This document shows, piece after piece, positions 1-8,801 of a DNA stretch of 64,000 nucleotides. Within the stretch, counting starts at the first letter, position 1, and every line of letters starts with the position of its first letter. Source of the stretch: Spirochaetia bacterium (GTDB lineage Bacteria; Spirochaetota; Spirochaetia; CADAEX01); NCBI GenBank assembly GCA_045606105.1, contig JAZURI010000002.1, forward strand, positions 256,001 through 320,000. The letters are read 5' to 3'. Position numbers and translations under genes: made by a program. The notes beneath the pieces were generated by a model. That model searched no databases. It was given only the letters and a program-made list of their open reading frames with translations, and had not been told where the DNA came from.

Positions 1-2
1 CC

Positions 3-1934
3 TTCCAGCTTGAAGAGAACAAGACCAAGAACGAAATCCTGGAAATGTATCTCAACGAATCCTATTTCGGTCACAACACCTACGGCGTGGAGGCGGCATC
101 CCAGTTCTATTTCAAGCATCCTGCCAGAAACCTGACACTGGCGGAATCTGCCATCCTGGTTATCCAGCTGGCAAACCCGGCCCGTTATTCCCCTATCAGG
201 AACCCTAACCGTGCAAAGATAATCCAGCAGGAGGTACTGAACCAGGTAGTGGCTTCGGAATATGCCACCAGGGAGGAAGCAGATCTCTCCTTCGAGCAGT
301 ACTGGAACAATATCTATGACCCTCTCAGATCCACCAGCGAGACCGCATATCTGGTAAAGAACGACAAGGCCCCTTACTTCAGCGAATATGTAAGACAGGA
401 GCTGGAGGATATGCTTTACGGAAAGATGGACTATCTCAGGGACGGCCTGGTAATCCATTCCACCCTGGACCTGAACTACCAGCGGGTTGCCGACAAGCAC
501 ATGCAGGAAGGAATCTATACCTTCAACAGGAAATATCAGGAAAGCAGCGGCAGCAGGATAAGTTATGTGGAAAAGGAATTCGTACCGGTAATCGAGGCAC
601 TTTCTCTCCTTTACGACATTGATTCCATCAGGACCTCAGGGGTTCAGCAGAAAAAATATGCAGACAAGATATTCAAGGAGGACATAACTCCTATTCTCAA
701 TACGGTTTCACTTCTTTTCGGAAGCGAGGAGCTGAACTTCATCTCCAATATCTCCTACTCCAGGAAATCGGCGGAACAGCACAAGACCACCATCGAGGGA
801 GCCCTGGTAATGCTGGAGAACGAGACAGGACACATCAAGGCCATGGTGGGAGGCAGCGATTTCGAGACAAAGAAGCTGAACAGGGCAACCCAGTCCAAGG
901 TAATGCCGGGTTCCTCCTTCAAGCCTCTTTACTATTCCGCAGCCATCTCCTCCGGCAAGGTAACACCGTCCACCATGCTCTACGACAAGCCTATGGTTTT
1001 CTGGAATGATGACGGAACCCCATATACACCTCTCAACTTCCTGGGAGAGTGGCAGGGAACGGTAACCATAAGACAGGCCCTTTCCCAGTCCATGAATGTA
1101 CCATCCATACAGGTACTGGATATGGTAGGCTTTGACGCAGCCATAAACAGGGCATCCAGGCTTCTGGGTATAACAGATCCGGCCCAGATAGAGAGGACCT
1201 TCCCGAGAAAATATCCTCTGGGACTGGGTATCATAGGTATTGCTCCGATTCAGATGGCCAAGGCATTCTCCACTTTTGCCAACCAGGGCAAGGAGGTTAC
1301 CCCTATCGGAATCAGATATATCGAGGACAGGAACGGCAGGATTCTTTTCGAGCCGGAAAGGGATCTCCGCATGGCACAGAAGGAGATGGGAGACCGTATG
1401 CAGATTCTCTCTCCTCAGGCAGCCTATGTGATGGTAGACCTGCTGAAGACCACCGTACAGGAGGGGACCCTGGCCAACAGAAGAAGGGCCGTGGGAGGCT
1501 TCCCTATGCCGTTTGCCGGAAAGACGGGAACCACACAGAACTGGTCCGATGCCTGGACCGTGGGCTTCTCCCCTTACCTGACCACTGCAGTATGGTTCGG
1601 CTTCGACATGCCGGGAAATTCACTGGGACTCAACCAGACAGGTGCCACCGCCGCAGGACCGGTATGGGCAAAGGTCATGAAGGAGGTTCACCTCAACAAT
1701 GCAAAGAATCTCCCACCTAAGGATTTTGACAAACCATCCTCCGGTGTCATCGAGGCCAATGTATGCTCAAAGTCGGGACAGATTCCTACAGCAGACTGCA
1801 GGGACGGAATCAGAAAGGAAATTTTTATCTCAGGTACCGAGCCTAAGAGCTTCTGTACATACCACAGGTTCGAAAAAGAGAGAAACTCCGAGCTGCTGGA
1901 GCGTCTTGAAAGAAACCTGAGAGATAATTTTTGA
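3..1934 (+). CDS. Class A penicillin-binding protein (PBP1A family), 5'-truncated by window edge
   Basis: Frame is open from position 3. Transglycosylase motif YLNESYFG..YGVEAAS; transpeptidase motifs SSFK, SMN and KTG; Cys-containing C-terminal module. Confidence 0.95.
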   Translation, partial: FQLEENKTKNEILEMYLNESYFGHNTYGVEAASQFYFKHPARNLTLAESAILVIQLANPARYSPIRNPNRAKIIQQEVLNQVVASEYATREEADLSFEQYWNNIYDPLRSTSETAYLVKNDKAPYFSEYVRQELEDMLYGKMDYLRDGLVIHSTLDLNYQRVADKHMQEGIYTFNRKYQESSGSRISYVEKEFVPVIEALSLLYDIDSIRTSGVQQKKYADKIFKEDITPILNTVSLLFGSEELNFISNISYSRKSAEQHKTTIEGALVMLENETGHIKAMVGGSDFETKKLNRATQSKVMPGSSFKPLYYSAAISSGKVTPSTMLYDKPMVFWNDDGTPYTPLNFLGEWQGTVTIRQALSQSMNVPSIQVLDMVGFDAAINRASRLLGITDPAQIERTFPRKYPLGLGIIGIAPIQMAKAFSTFANQGKEVTPIGIRYIEDRNGRILFEPERDLRMAQKEMGDRMQILSPQAAYVMVDLLKTTVQEGTLANRRRAVGGFPMPFAGKTGTTQNWSDAWTVGFSPYLTTAVWFGFDMPGNSLGLNQTGATAAGPVWAKVMKEVHLNNAKNLPPKDFDKPSSGVIEANVCSKSGQIPTADCRDGIRKEIFISGTEPKSFCTYHRFEKERNSELLERLERNLRDNF

Positions 1935-2001
1935 TTTTCCGCTGGAAAATCAGGCAATCTGCAGTTATAATATAATTACAGAAAATATAAGGGGGTAAGC
2001 T

Positions 2002-2391
2002 GTGCAGGTCAGAATCAAAGATATAGTTGTCAAAGAAAGAGCCCGCGGAAATGAGGGCGATCTGGAATCTCTGATGAAAAGTATGGAAAAACACGGGCAG
2101 CTTAACCCGATTATCATCAACTCAAAGAAACAGCTTATAGCAGGCTACAGAAGGCTTACAGCCGCAAAGAAGCTGGGCTGGGAGAAGATCAATGCCACCA
2201 TGCTGGAAATCACCGACAAGGCCGATATGCTGGCAATAGAAATCGATGAGAACGTACAGAGGCTTGAGTTTGAATCACTGGACCTGGAAAAAGCCTATAA
2301 CAAGCTGGAAAAACTGAGAAAGAAAAATATCTTTGTCCGGTTCTGGCATTGGCTGAAAAATCTTTTTTCAGGAAAATTAAAAAAAAATTAA
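2002..2391 (+). CDS. Small ParB/Srx N-terminal (CTPase-like) domain protein without HTH; C-terminal amphipathic helix
   Basis: GQLNPI, AGYRRLTAA (GxRR patch) and ENVQR motifs; GTG start with AAGGGGG SD at 1989-1995; only 129 aa. Confidence 0.88.
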   Translation: MQVRIKDIVVKERARGNEGDLESLMKSMEKHGQLNPIIINSKKQLIAGYRRLTAAKKLGWEKINATMLEITDKADMLAIEIDENVQRLEFESLDLEKAYNKLEKLRKKNIFVRFWHWLKNLFSGKLKKN

Positions 2392-2399
2392 AAAAAAAT

Positions 2400-2428
2400 T
2401 TGACAACATAGAATTTCTGTTGTAGAAT
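2400..2428 (+). promoter_or_regulatory. Sigma70-type promoter with A-tract UP element, no downstream protein gene
   Basis: TTGACA (2400-2405), 17-nt spacer, TAGAAT (2423-2428); A-tracts directly upstream. Confidence 0.75.
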
Positions 2429-2434
2429 CAAATT

Positions 2435-2564
2435 GTCAATATACTATGTTTTGACATTCATTTTCATTGGTAAATCTGAATCTCTCAGGTTCAGGTTTGG
2501 TACAGCTTTCTGTGGCACATCAGTACCCCTTATACTATTCATAGAGAGCTGTATCTTTTTTTTT
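2435..2564 (+). ncRNA. Putative ~130-nt small RNA (three hairpins plus U9 tail)
   Basis: Hairpins at 2434-2456, 2471-2499 (13 bp) and 2500-2554 (16 bp), then T9 at 2556-2564. Eight G-U pairs form only on the + strand. Preceded by a consensus promoter. Confidence 0.65.
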
Positions 2565-2602
2565 GCCCGGATGCTTTCAACGGAAATTACAGAAAAAAAC
2601 TA

Positions 2603-3583
2603 TCAGGTACGGGGAGCTTTTCTTTCATCTATGGCCTTGTTGTCCTTGAATACGGAAAAATAGACCACAGCGGTTCCTGACTTGCTGCTGTATGCCTTAC
2701 CTATTTCTGTTCCCGGAGAGACCTTATCTCCCTTCTTCACATAGGTATCGTTGTTACCGCCGTAGATATAGACATAGCCGCTTTCGTTCTCCACGAAAAC
2801 CATTCTGCCCATGTTGCGGTAATCGCACTCATGAATTACCTTTCCGCTTGATACGGAATGGATTATGGAATCATTGCTGGATGAGATCTTTGTTCCCTGG
2901 AACTTTCCGGTAATCCTGGATCTGGTTCCCTCTGCAGGCCAGAAGAACGGAGCACTCTCGTCAATCCTGGATACTGTCTCGGAGGCAGGACGGGCTGTTT
3001 CCCTTGTGGCCACGGTTACTATTTCAGAGCCTGTCGGAATACGGAGCTTCATGCCTGCAAAAAGCTTTTCATTGGCACCCAGGCTGTTGGCTTCCCTGAG
3101 ATCGTCAAGGGCTACATCATGCTCCCTGGCTATTCCCCACAGAGTATCCCCTTTTTTTACTGTATAGGTGGTTGAATAGGATTGCTTCCTGTTACCGGCA
3201 GGAACAGTCAGTCTTGTCCCCTTGGCTACCTTGTTGGGATTCTTTATATTGTTGAGCCTTACTATTTCACTTACGGTGGTTCCGTGATTGTATGCGATAT
3301 CTCCCAGTGTATCCCCCGCTTTTACGGTATAGGTGGTTGTCTTTACCGCAGGAGCCGGAGTCTTCTTTACGCTCTTGCTTTCAGGAATGATGATCCTGGT
3401 TCCCTTGTAGATCTTGTTGGGATTCTTCAGGGTATTTGCCCGGAGAAGGTCATCCACGGTCACGCCGAATTTCCTGGCAACGGAGGTAAGGCTGTCACCG
3501 CTTTTCATGTAATATATCTTGTCTGCCATTGCAGAGCTTACAGTAAAAATAAAAAGGAAAAAGAATATAAGTTTTCTACGCAT
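2603..3583 (-). CDS. Secreted 3xLysM plus degenerate M23 (LytM-like) domain protein
   Basis: Signal peptide; three LysM repeats (YTVKxGDTL..IA); C-terminal FFWPAEG..VKKGDKV..G.EIG M23 fold lacking HxxxD/HxH. Confidence 0.88.
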   Translation of the reverse strand: MRRKLIFFFLFIFTVSSAMADKIYYMKSGDSLTSVARKFGVTVDDLLRANTLKNPNKIYKGTRIIIPESKSVKKTPAPAVKTTTYTVKAGDTLGDIAYNHGTTVSEIVRLNNIKNPNKVAKGTRLTVPAGNRKQSYSTTYTVKKGDTLWGIAREHDVALDDLREANSLGANEKLFAGMKLRIPTGSEIVTVATRETARPASETVSRIDESAPFFWPAEGTRSRITGKFQGTKISSSNDSIIHSVSSGKVIHECDYRNMGRMVFVENESGYVYIYGGNNDTYVKKGDKVSPGTEIGKAYSSKSGTAVVYFSVFKDNKAIDERKAPRT

Positions 3584-3637
3584 AATTTATCCTTATCAAT
3601 TTTATCGACATATTATTTTTAATACTTTACTTCAAAT

Positions 3638-3666
3638 TTGACAACAAGGTTATGTTTGTTTATAAT
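3638..3666 (+). promoter_or_regulatory. Consensus sigma70 promoter for glpX
   Basis: TTGACA-17 nt-TATAAT perfect consensus, ending 34 nt upstream of the ATG. Confidence 0.8.
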
Positions 3667-3700
3667 AGGATAAAATGTAAGCTGATAAGGAGTGATTCAG

Positions 3701-4702
3701 ATGAGTAAGATGAACAGGGAATTCTCCCTGGAGATAGCTAGAATTACAGAGGAAGCTGCTCTTGCAAGTGCCCGCTGGTGGGGAAAGGGGGATAAGATTG
3801 CTGCCGACGGCGCAGCAACCGAAGCAATGAGAGCTATGTTTGATACCGTTCACATTCAGGGAACCGTAGTTATCGGTGAAGGTGAAATGGATGAAGCCCC
3901 TATGCTTTATATCGGTGAAAAAGTAGGATCCTGGGAAGAGGATGATTTCCCTGTAGATATTGCAGTGGACCCTCTTGAAGGAACAAACCTTGTGGCAAAA
4001 GGAATGCCGGGAGCAATCACAACTTTGGCTATGGCACCAAAGGGAACTCTTCTTTACGCTCCTGATATGTATATGGATAAAATTGCAGCCGGCCCGAAAT
4101 GCAAAGGTAAGATCCACCTCGATGCTTCCGTTACAGAGAATATCAAGGCATGTGCGGCAGCACTTGACAAGAAGGTAAGCGATATCACAGTCGTAGTCCT
4201 GGACAGGGAAAGACACAAGAAGATCATCAAGGAAGTCAGGGAATGCGGAGCAAGAATCAAGCTTATTACCGACGGCGATGTTTCCCCTGCAGTTTCAGCA
4301 GGCTTCCCGGGAAGCGGTATTGACATGATGATCGGAATCGGAGGAGCTCCGGAGGGAGTTCTGGCAGCTGCGGCCCTCAAGGCAATCGGCGGAGAATTCC
4401 AGGGAAGACTCTATCCTATGAACGACAAGGAAAAGGAAAGAGCAACAAGAATGCTGGGAGGAGATCCTTTCAGACTCCTTACAATCGACGATATCATCAA
4501 GACCGATGATGTAATGTTCGCCGCAACCGGTGTTACAGACGGTGAGCTTCTCAGCGGTGTAAGATTTATCGGAAACGATATTGCGGAAACCAAGACCATC
4601 ACACTCAGAGGTTCCACAGGAACCATCAGATTCATCGAAGCACAGCACAGGCTGGATCTCAAGAGTGATGATATCAAAAAGATTATCTTACAGAAAAACT
4701 GA
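3701..4702 (+). CDS. glpX: Class II fructose-1,6-bisphosphatase
   Basis: VVIGEGEMDEAPMLYIGE, DIAVDPLEGT and GIGGAPEGV motifs; AAGGAG SD before ATG 3701. Confidence 0.96.
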   Translation: MSKMNREFSLEIARITEEAALASARWWGKGDKIAADGAATEAMRAMFDTVHIQGTVVIGEGEMDEAPMLYIGEKVGSWEEDDFPVDIAVDPLEGTNLVAKGMPGAITTLAMAPKGTLLYAPDMYMDKIAAGPKCKGKIHLDASVTENIKACAAALDKKVSDITVVVLDRERHKKIIKEVRECGARIKLITDGDVSPAVSAGFPGSGIDMMIGIGGAPEGVLAAAALKAIGGEFQGRLYPMNDKEKERATRMLGGDPFRLLTIDDIIKTDDVMFAATGVTDGELLSGVRFIGNDIAETKTITLRGSTGTIRFIEAQHRLDLKSDDIKKIILQKN

Positions 4703-4710
4703 GGTTTTTT

Positions 4711-5196
4711 ATGAGTGATTGTGTTCGCCCTACATGGGATGATTATTTTCTTGAGGTTATGGAAGCCATTTCCAAAAGAGCCACCTGCGACAGAGGCAAA
4801 AGCGGATGTGTAATCGCCAAGGACAACCAGATTCTGGTTACCGGATATGTGGGAGCTCCTTCAGGACTTCCTCACTGTGATGAGGAGGGGCATCTCATGA
4901 AACAGATGATCCATGAGGACGGACATATTACAATGCACTGCGTAAGAACCGTACACGCAGAGCAGAATGCAATATGTCAGGCGGCAAAAAGGGGTATTTC
5001 CATTCAGGGAGCCACCCTTTACTGCCGTATGACTCCGTGCCGTACATGTGCCATGCTGCTGATAAACTGCGGTATAAAAAGAATAGTGTGCCAGAAACGG
5101 TACCATGTGGCTGATGAATCCGAGGCAATGTTCCGGATAGCCGGTATTGCCCTGGAATACAAGGATACTGATACAGTCAGGTATACAAACCAGTAA
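4711..5196 (+). CDS. dCMP deaminase family protein (ComEB/DCTD-like)
   Basis: RPTWDDYF, HAEQNA and PCRTC Zn motifs. Confidence 0.93.
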   Translation: MSDCVRPTWDDYFLEVMEAISKRATCDRGKSGCVIAKDNQILVTGYVGAPSGLPHCDEEGHLMKQMIHEDGHITMHCVRTVHAEQNAICQAAKRGISIQGATLYCRMTPCRTCAMLLINCGIKRIVCQKRYHVADESEAMFRIAGIALEYKDTDTVRYTNQ

Positions 5197-6999
5197 TTAT
5201 TCCTCTTCTGTCTTAAGCACAGCGAGGAATGCACTCTGCGGCAGCTCCACGTTGCCGATAACCTTCATGCGCTTCTTTCCCTCTTTCTGCTTTTCAAGAA
5301 GCTTTCTCTTTCTGGAAATATCTCCGCCGTAACATTTTGCGGTAACATCCTTTCTGTATGCACTGATGGTTTCCCTGGCGATAATGGTATTGCCGATGGC
5401 ACCCTGGATAGGAATCTTGAACTGATGTCTCGGAATCTCGTCACAGAGCTTCTTGCAGACCTTTCTGGCCTTGTCCACGGCACTGTCCTTGAAAACAAGC
5501 ATGGAAAGGGCATCAACAGGACTTCCGTTGACCAGGATATCCAGCTTCACCAGGTTTGTGGCCTTGAAACCGATGATATCGTAATCAAAGGAGGCATAAC
5601 CGCGGCTTACCGATTTCAGTCTGTCGTAGAATTCAAAGAGAACCTCGGCAAGAGGCATTTCATATACAACCTCCACACGCTTCTGGTCCAGATAGTTCAT
5701 GGAGGTCTGCACTCCCCTTTTTTCCATGCAGAGAGTCATTATAGGCCCCAGATAGTCTGACGGAGTAATGATGGAAGCGGAAATGAAAGGCTCCTCACAG
5801 TAATCAATGCTTACGGGATCGGGAAAATCCATAGGATTGTTTACGGAAAGCTTTTCACCGTTTTTCAGGATAACATTATACTGAACCGAAGGTGAGGTGA
5901 AAACGATGGAAAGGTCGAATTCCCTTTCGATACGCTCCTGAACAACCTCCAGATGAAGAAGACCCAGGAATCCGCACCTGAAACCGAAGCCCAGGGCTGA
6001 AGAGGAGTCCTTTTCATAAATAAGGGAAGCGTCGTTGAGCTTGAGACGCTCGATGGAGCTGAGAAGCTCCTCGTAATCGTTGGAATCCACCGGATAGATG
6101 GATGAGAAAACTACAGGCTTTACATCCTTGAAGCCCGGAAGTGCATCTTCGGCAGGATCGTCGGCATCTGTTATGGTGTCGCCGATATGGACATCGGAAA
6201 TATTCTTGATACCGGCAATGATATAGCCTACATCTCCCTCCTCAAGCCCCTTGTTCTTTTCCAGCTTGATACGGAAAAGACCTGTTTCCTCGGTCTTGTA
6301 GGTACCGCCTGAAATCATGAACTTCAGGTTCTGTCCCTCACGGATCTTTCCTGAGAAAACCCTGATATTTACTATAACGCCCCTGTAGGCATCGTAGTGG
6401 GAGTCGAAGATAAGGGCACGGAGCTTTTCATCCTTGGCCGGTTCGGGACAAGGGATATAATCGATGATAGCCTCGAAAAGCTCATCCACACCCTGGCCTG
6501 TCTTTGCGGAAACCAGGACCGCCATATCAGAATCCAGCCCCAGATCGTGGTCAATCTGATATTTTACGGAATCCACATCCGCACTGGGCAGGTCTATCTT
6601 GTTGATTACCGGAATGATTTCAAGATTGTGGTCGATGGCCATGTACATGTTGGCCAGAGTCTGTGCCTCCACACCCTGGGTGGCATCAATAAGGAGCAAT
6701 GCCCCTTCACAGGAGGAAATAGCTCTTGAAACCTCATATGAGAAGTCCACATGACCCGGAGTATCAACCAGGTTGAGAACATAGTCATTTCCGTCCTTTC
6801 CCCTGTAATTGAGGGTAACGGCCTGGGACTTGATGGTGATTCCCCTTTCCCGCTCGATATCCATGGAATCGAGAATCTGGTTCTTGGCATTCCTGCTGTC
6901 TATAAGGGAAGCCTTCTCGATAAAACGGTCGGCAAGAGTAGACTTGCCATGGTCAATATGGGCAATAATACAAAAGTTACGTATGTTTTTTCTATTCAT
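5197..6999 (-). CDS. lepA: Elongation factor 4
   Basis: IRNFCIIAHIDHGKSTLADR; C-terminal KCYGGDISRKRKLLEKQKEGKKRMK. Confidence 0.99.
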   Translation of the reverse strand: MNRKNIRNFCIIAHIDHGKSTLADRFIEKASLIDSRNAKNQILDSMDIERERGITIKSQAVTLNYRGKDGNDYVLNLVDTPGHVDFSYEVSRAISSCEGALLLIDATQGVEAQTLANMYMAIDHNLEIIPVINKIDLPSADVDSVKYQIDHDLGLDSDMAVLVSAKTGQGVDELFEAIIDYIPCPEPAKDEKLRALIFDSHYDAYRGVIVNIRVFSGKIREGQNLKFMISGGTYKTEETGLFRIKLEKNKGLEEGDVGYIIAGIKNISDVHIGDTITDADDPAEDALPGFKDVKPVVFSSIYPVDSNDYEELLSSIERLKLNDASLIYEKDSSSALGFGFRCGFLGLLHLEVVQERIEREFDLSIVFTSPSVQYNVILKNGEKLSVNNPMDFPDPVSIDYCEEPFISASIITPSDYLGPIMTLCMEKRGVQTSMNYLDQKRVEVVYEMPLAEVLFEFYDRLKSVSRGYASFDYDIIGFKATNLVKLDILVNGSPVDALSMLVFKDSAVDKARKVCKKLCDEIPRHQFKIPIQGAIGNTIIARETISAYRKDVTAKCYGGDISRKRKLLEKQKEGKKRMKVIGNVELPQSAFLAVLKTEEE

Positions 7000-7007
7000 C
7001 TTCCAAA

Positions 7008-8801
7008 TTATATCAGATTATTTTCATCTAGAAAAGCAACAAGCTGCAATCCAGACTCCATAAATCCGGCTTTTTTCTTTTTTACAAAAATCTGCATGGC
7101 AACATAACGCTGCTTGCTGTTATATCTCCATTCCTTGAGGGCAAAAGGATCGTTTACCGAAAGATCGGCCTCGTAGGCAGGAAATCCCTGATAAACCTTC
7201 TTTATTACATATCCCTGCTTGAAGATATAGTTTCCGGTGCTTTCGGCCTTGATACCGAACAACGGCAGCATGGCATTCCTTCTGCTGTCCTTGTTAAGGG
7301 CAATATCCAGCGCCTTCTGAGGACGGCTTCTGGTGGCGATATAGCTCAGATGCTCCTCTCCGTCCCTTTCCCATTCGACACAGAGCATGGTGTCAGGAGG
7401 AATTGAATTCAGAATCTTGTGTACCTGTGTAATGCTGCGGCATTCGATGCCGTTGATCCTTCTCAGGATGTCGCCGTTATCCATACCTGCCGCACAGCCG
7501 GCTTCTCCCGGAATGGCATAGACAATTTCAAGCACATTATCCTTCTCGTACATGGAGAGACCGAGCCATGAATGCTCAACCTTTCCTTCTGCATAGAAGC
7601 TGCTCATCATGTCCATTACCCAATGGGACGGAATAACGAAGTTTATGTTCTGGAACCGGGGAATACCTGCGAAAACCACCCCAAGGACCTCGTTGTCATC
7701 GTTTACGAGAGGACCGCCGCTGTTTCCCGGATTGACAGGAACATCAACCTGAAGAACATCTCCGATAGGGAGCAGCTTTCTCCTGTCCGCAGATACGATA
7801 CCTGCAGTTATGGTGTTTTCAAGACCGCCGGGAGAACCGATTGCATAGATCTTGTCGCCGGGATTGAAATTGTTGTCCAGACTGAAGCCGAAAATGTATT
7901 CAGGCTCTATTTCTGTCTTCAGGAGCGCAATATCGAATACCGGATCCCAGGCCACAACCTTTGCCGGCACCCTGGTACCCACCGAGTCGGGCAGCCTTAT
8001 GAAAAGTCTGGAAAATCCCTCGTATTCAGGATTCACCTCGCTCTCGATAACATGGTAATTGGTAATGAGATATCCCCGCTTGTCGATAAAGAAACCGCTT
8101 CCGATAGCCCTGTCGGGAACACCTACGCCATACTCAAGCCTGGTACCCTTGTTTACCCAGATGGTTACGGTACCCTTCATGAGACGGGCCGGTGAATCAA
8201 TACTGCCGAGATAACCGGTGTATTCCTTTTTCTTCTTTCCTTCCGCCATTTTTGAAGAGATGAGCCTGAGCATGTAACGGTTGTTCTGGGCAAGGGCTAT
8301 GTCTCCGTATTTCTCAAGAAGAGAAGGTGACGGTTCCTTCAAGGTGGAATATTTGTAGAATCTGTAAAGGGCGATGGTATAGTTTTCCTTTTCACAATCT
8401 GCTTCCGCCGCATCAAGATAAAGCTTTTCTATTGACGGACTGCCCACCAGATCAGTTTTTTCCAGAGCCAGAAGAGAAAAATAAATGGAAATGGCCCGGT
8501 CAAAATTCTTTTCCTCCACGCTTTTTGCATAAGAATCCCTGATTGAGGTATAAATATCCTCCCGGCACTTTTCTACGGTACCGTCATTGCGGGCCTTGTC
8601 ATAAATAGAATCTGAGGAGGAATCTATATAGAGGATTTCCTGGAGGGCTGCAAAGGGCTGGCCCTGATCCAGGAAACTCTTTACCGTACCTGCCACATCA
8701 GGATCACGATGGTAAACAAACCCCTCATTATTATCCGATGTCCGGCAGGCAGACAGCAGTAATGTTGTTATAAAAAAAGCAGCAAGCAGCCTTTTAGTCA
8801 T
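7008..8801 (-). CDS. HtrA/DegP-like trypsin serine protease with PDZ domain, predicted lipoprotein with helical N-terminal region
   Basis: Lipobox LLSAC after ATG 8801 (overlaps ftsH stop); GSGF, TNYHV, DIALL and GNSGGPL catalytic motifs; PDZ-like segment. Confidence 0.88.
   Translation of the reverse strand: MTKRLLAAFFITTLLLSACRTSDNNEGFVYHRDPDVAGTVKSFLDQGQPFAALQEILYIDSSSDSIYDKARNDGTVEKCREDIYTSIRDSYAKSVEEKNFDRAISIYFSLLALEKTDLVGSPSIEKLYLDAAEADCEKENYTIALYRFYKYSTLKEPSPSLLEKYGDIALAQNNRYMLRLISSKMAEGKKKKEYTGYLGSIDSPARLMKGTVTIWVNKGTRLEYGVGVPDRAIGSGFFIDKRGYLITNYHVIESEVNPEYEGFSRLFIRLPDSVGTRVPAKVVAWDPVFDIALLKTEIEPEYIFGFSLDNNFNPGDKIYAIGSPGGLENTITAGIVSADRRKLLPIGDVLQVDVPVNPGNSGGPLVNDDNEVLGVVFAGIPRFQNINFVIPSHWVMDMMSSFYAEGKVEHSWLGLSMYEKDNVLEIVYAIPGEAGCAAGMDNGDILRRINGIECRSITQVHKILNSIPPDTMLCVEWERDGEEHLSYIATRSRPQKALDIALNKDSRRNAMLPLFGIKAESTGNYIFKQGYVIKKVYQGFPAYEADLSVNDPFALKEWRYNSKQRYVAMQIFVKKKKAGFMESGLQLVAFLDENNLI

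Noticed and set aside
1935-2600. parS site or replication origin near the ParB-like gene
   Set aside because: No TGTTTCACGTGAAACA-like palindrome or DnaA-box cluster seen, no parA, and the protein lacks an HTH.
2433-2663. 76-aa ORF downstream of the 2400 promoter
   Set aside because: TTG start at or before the predicted TSS, no SD, runs through the U9 terminator and overlaps the LysM gene; an RNA product explains the region better.
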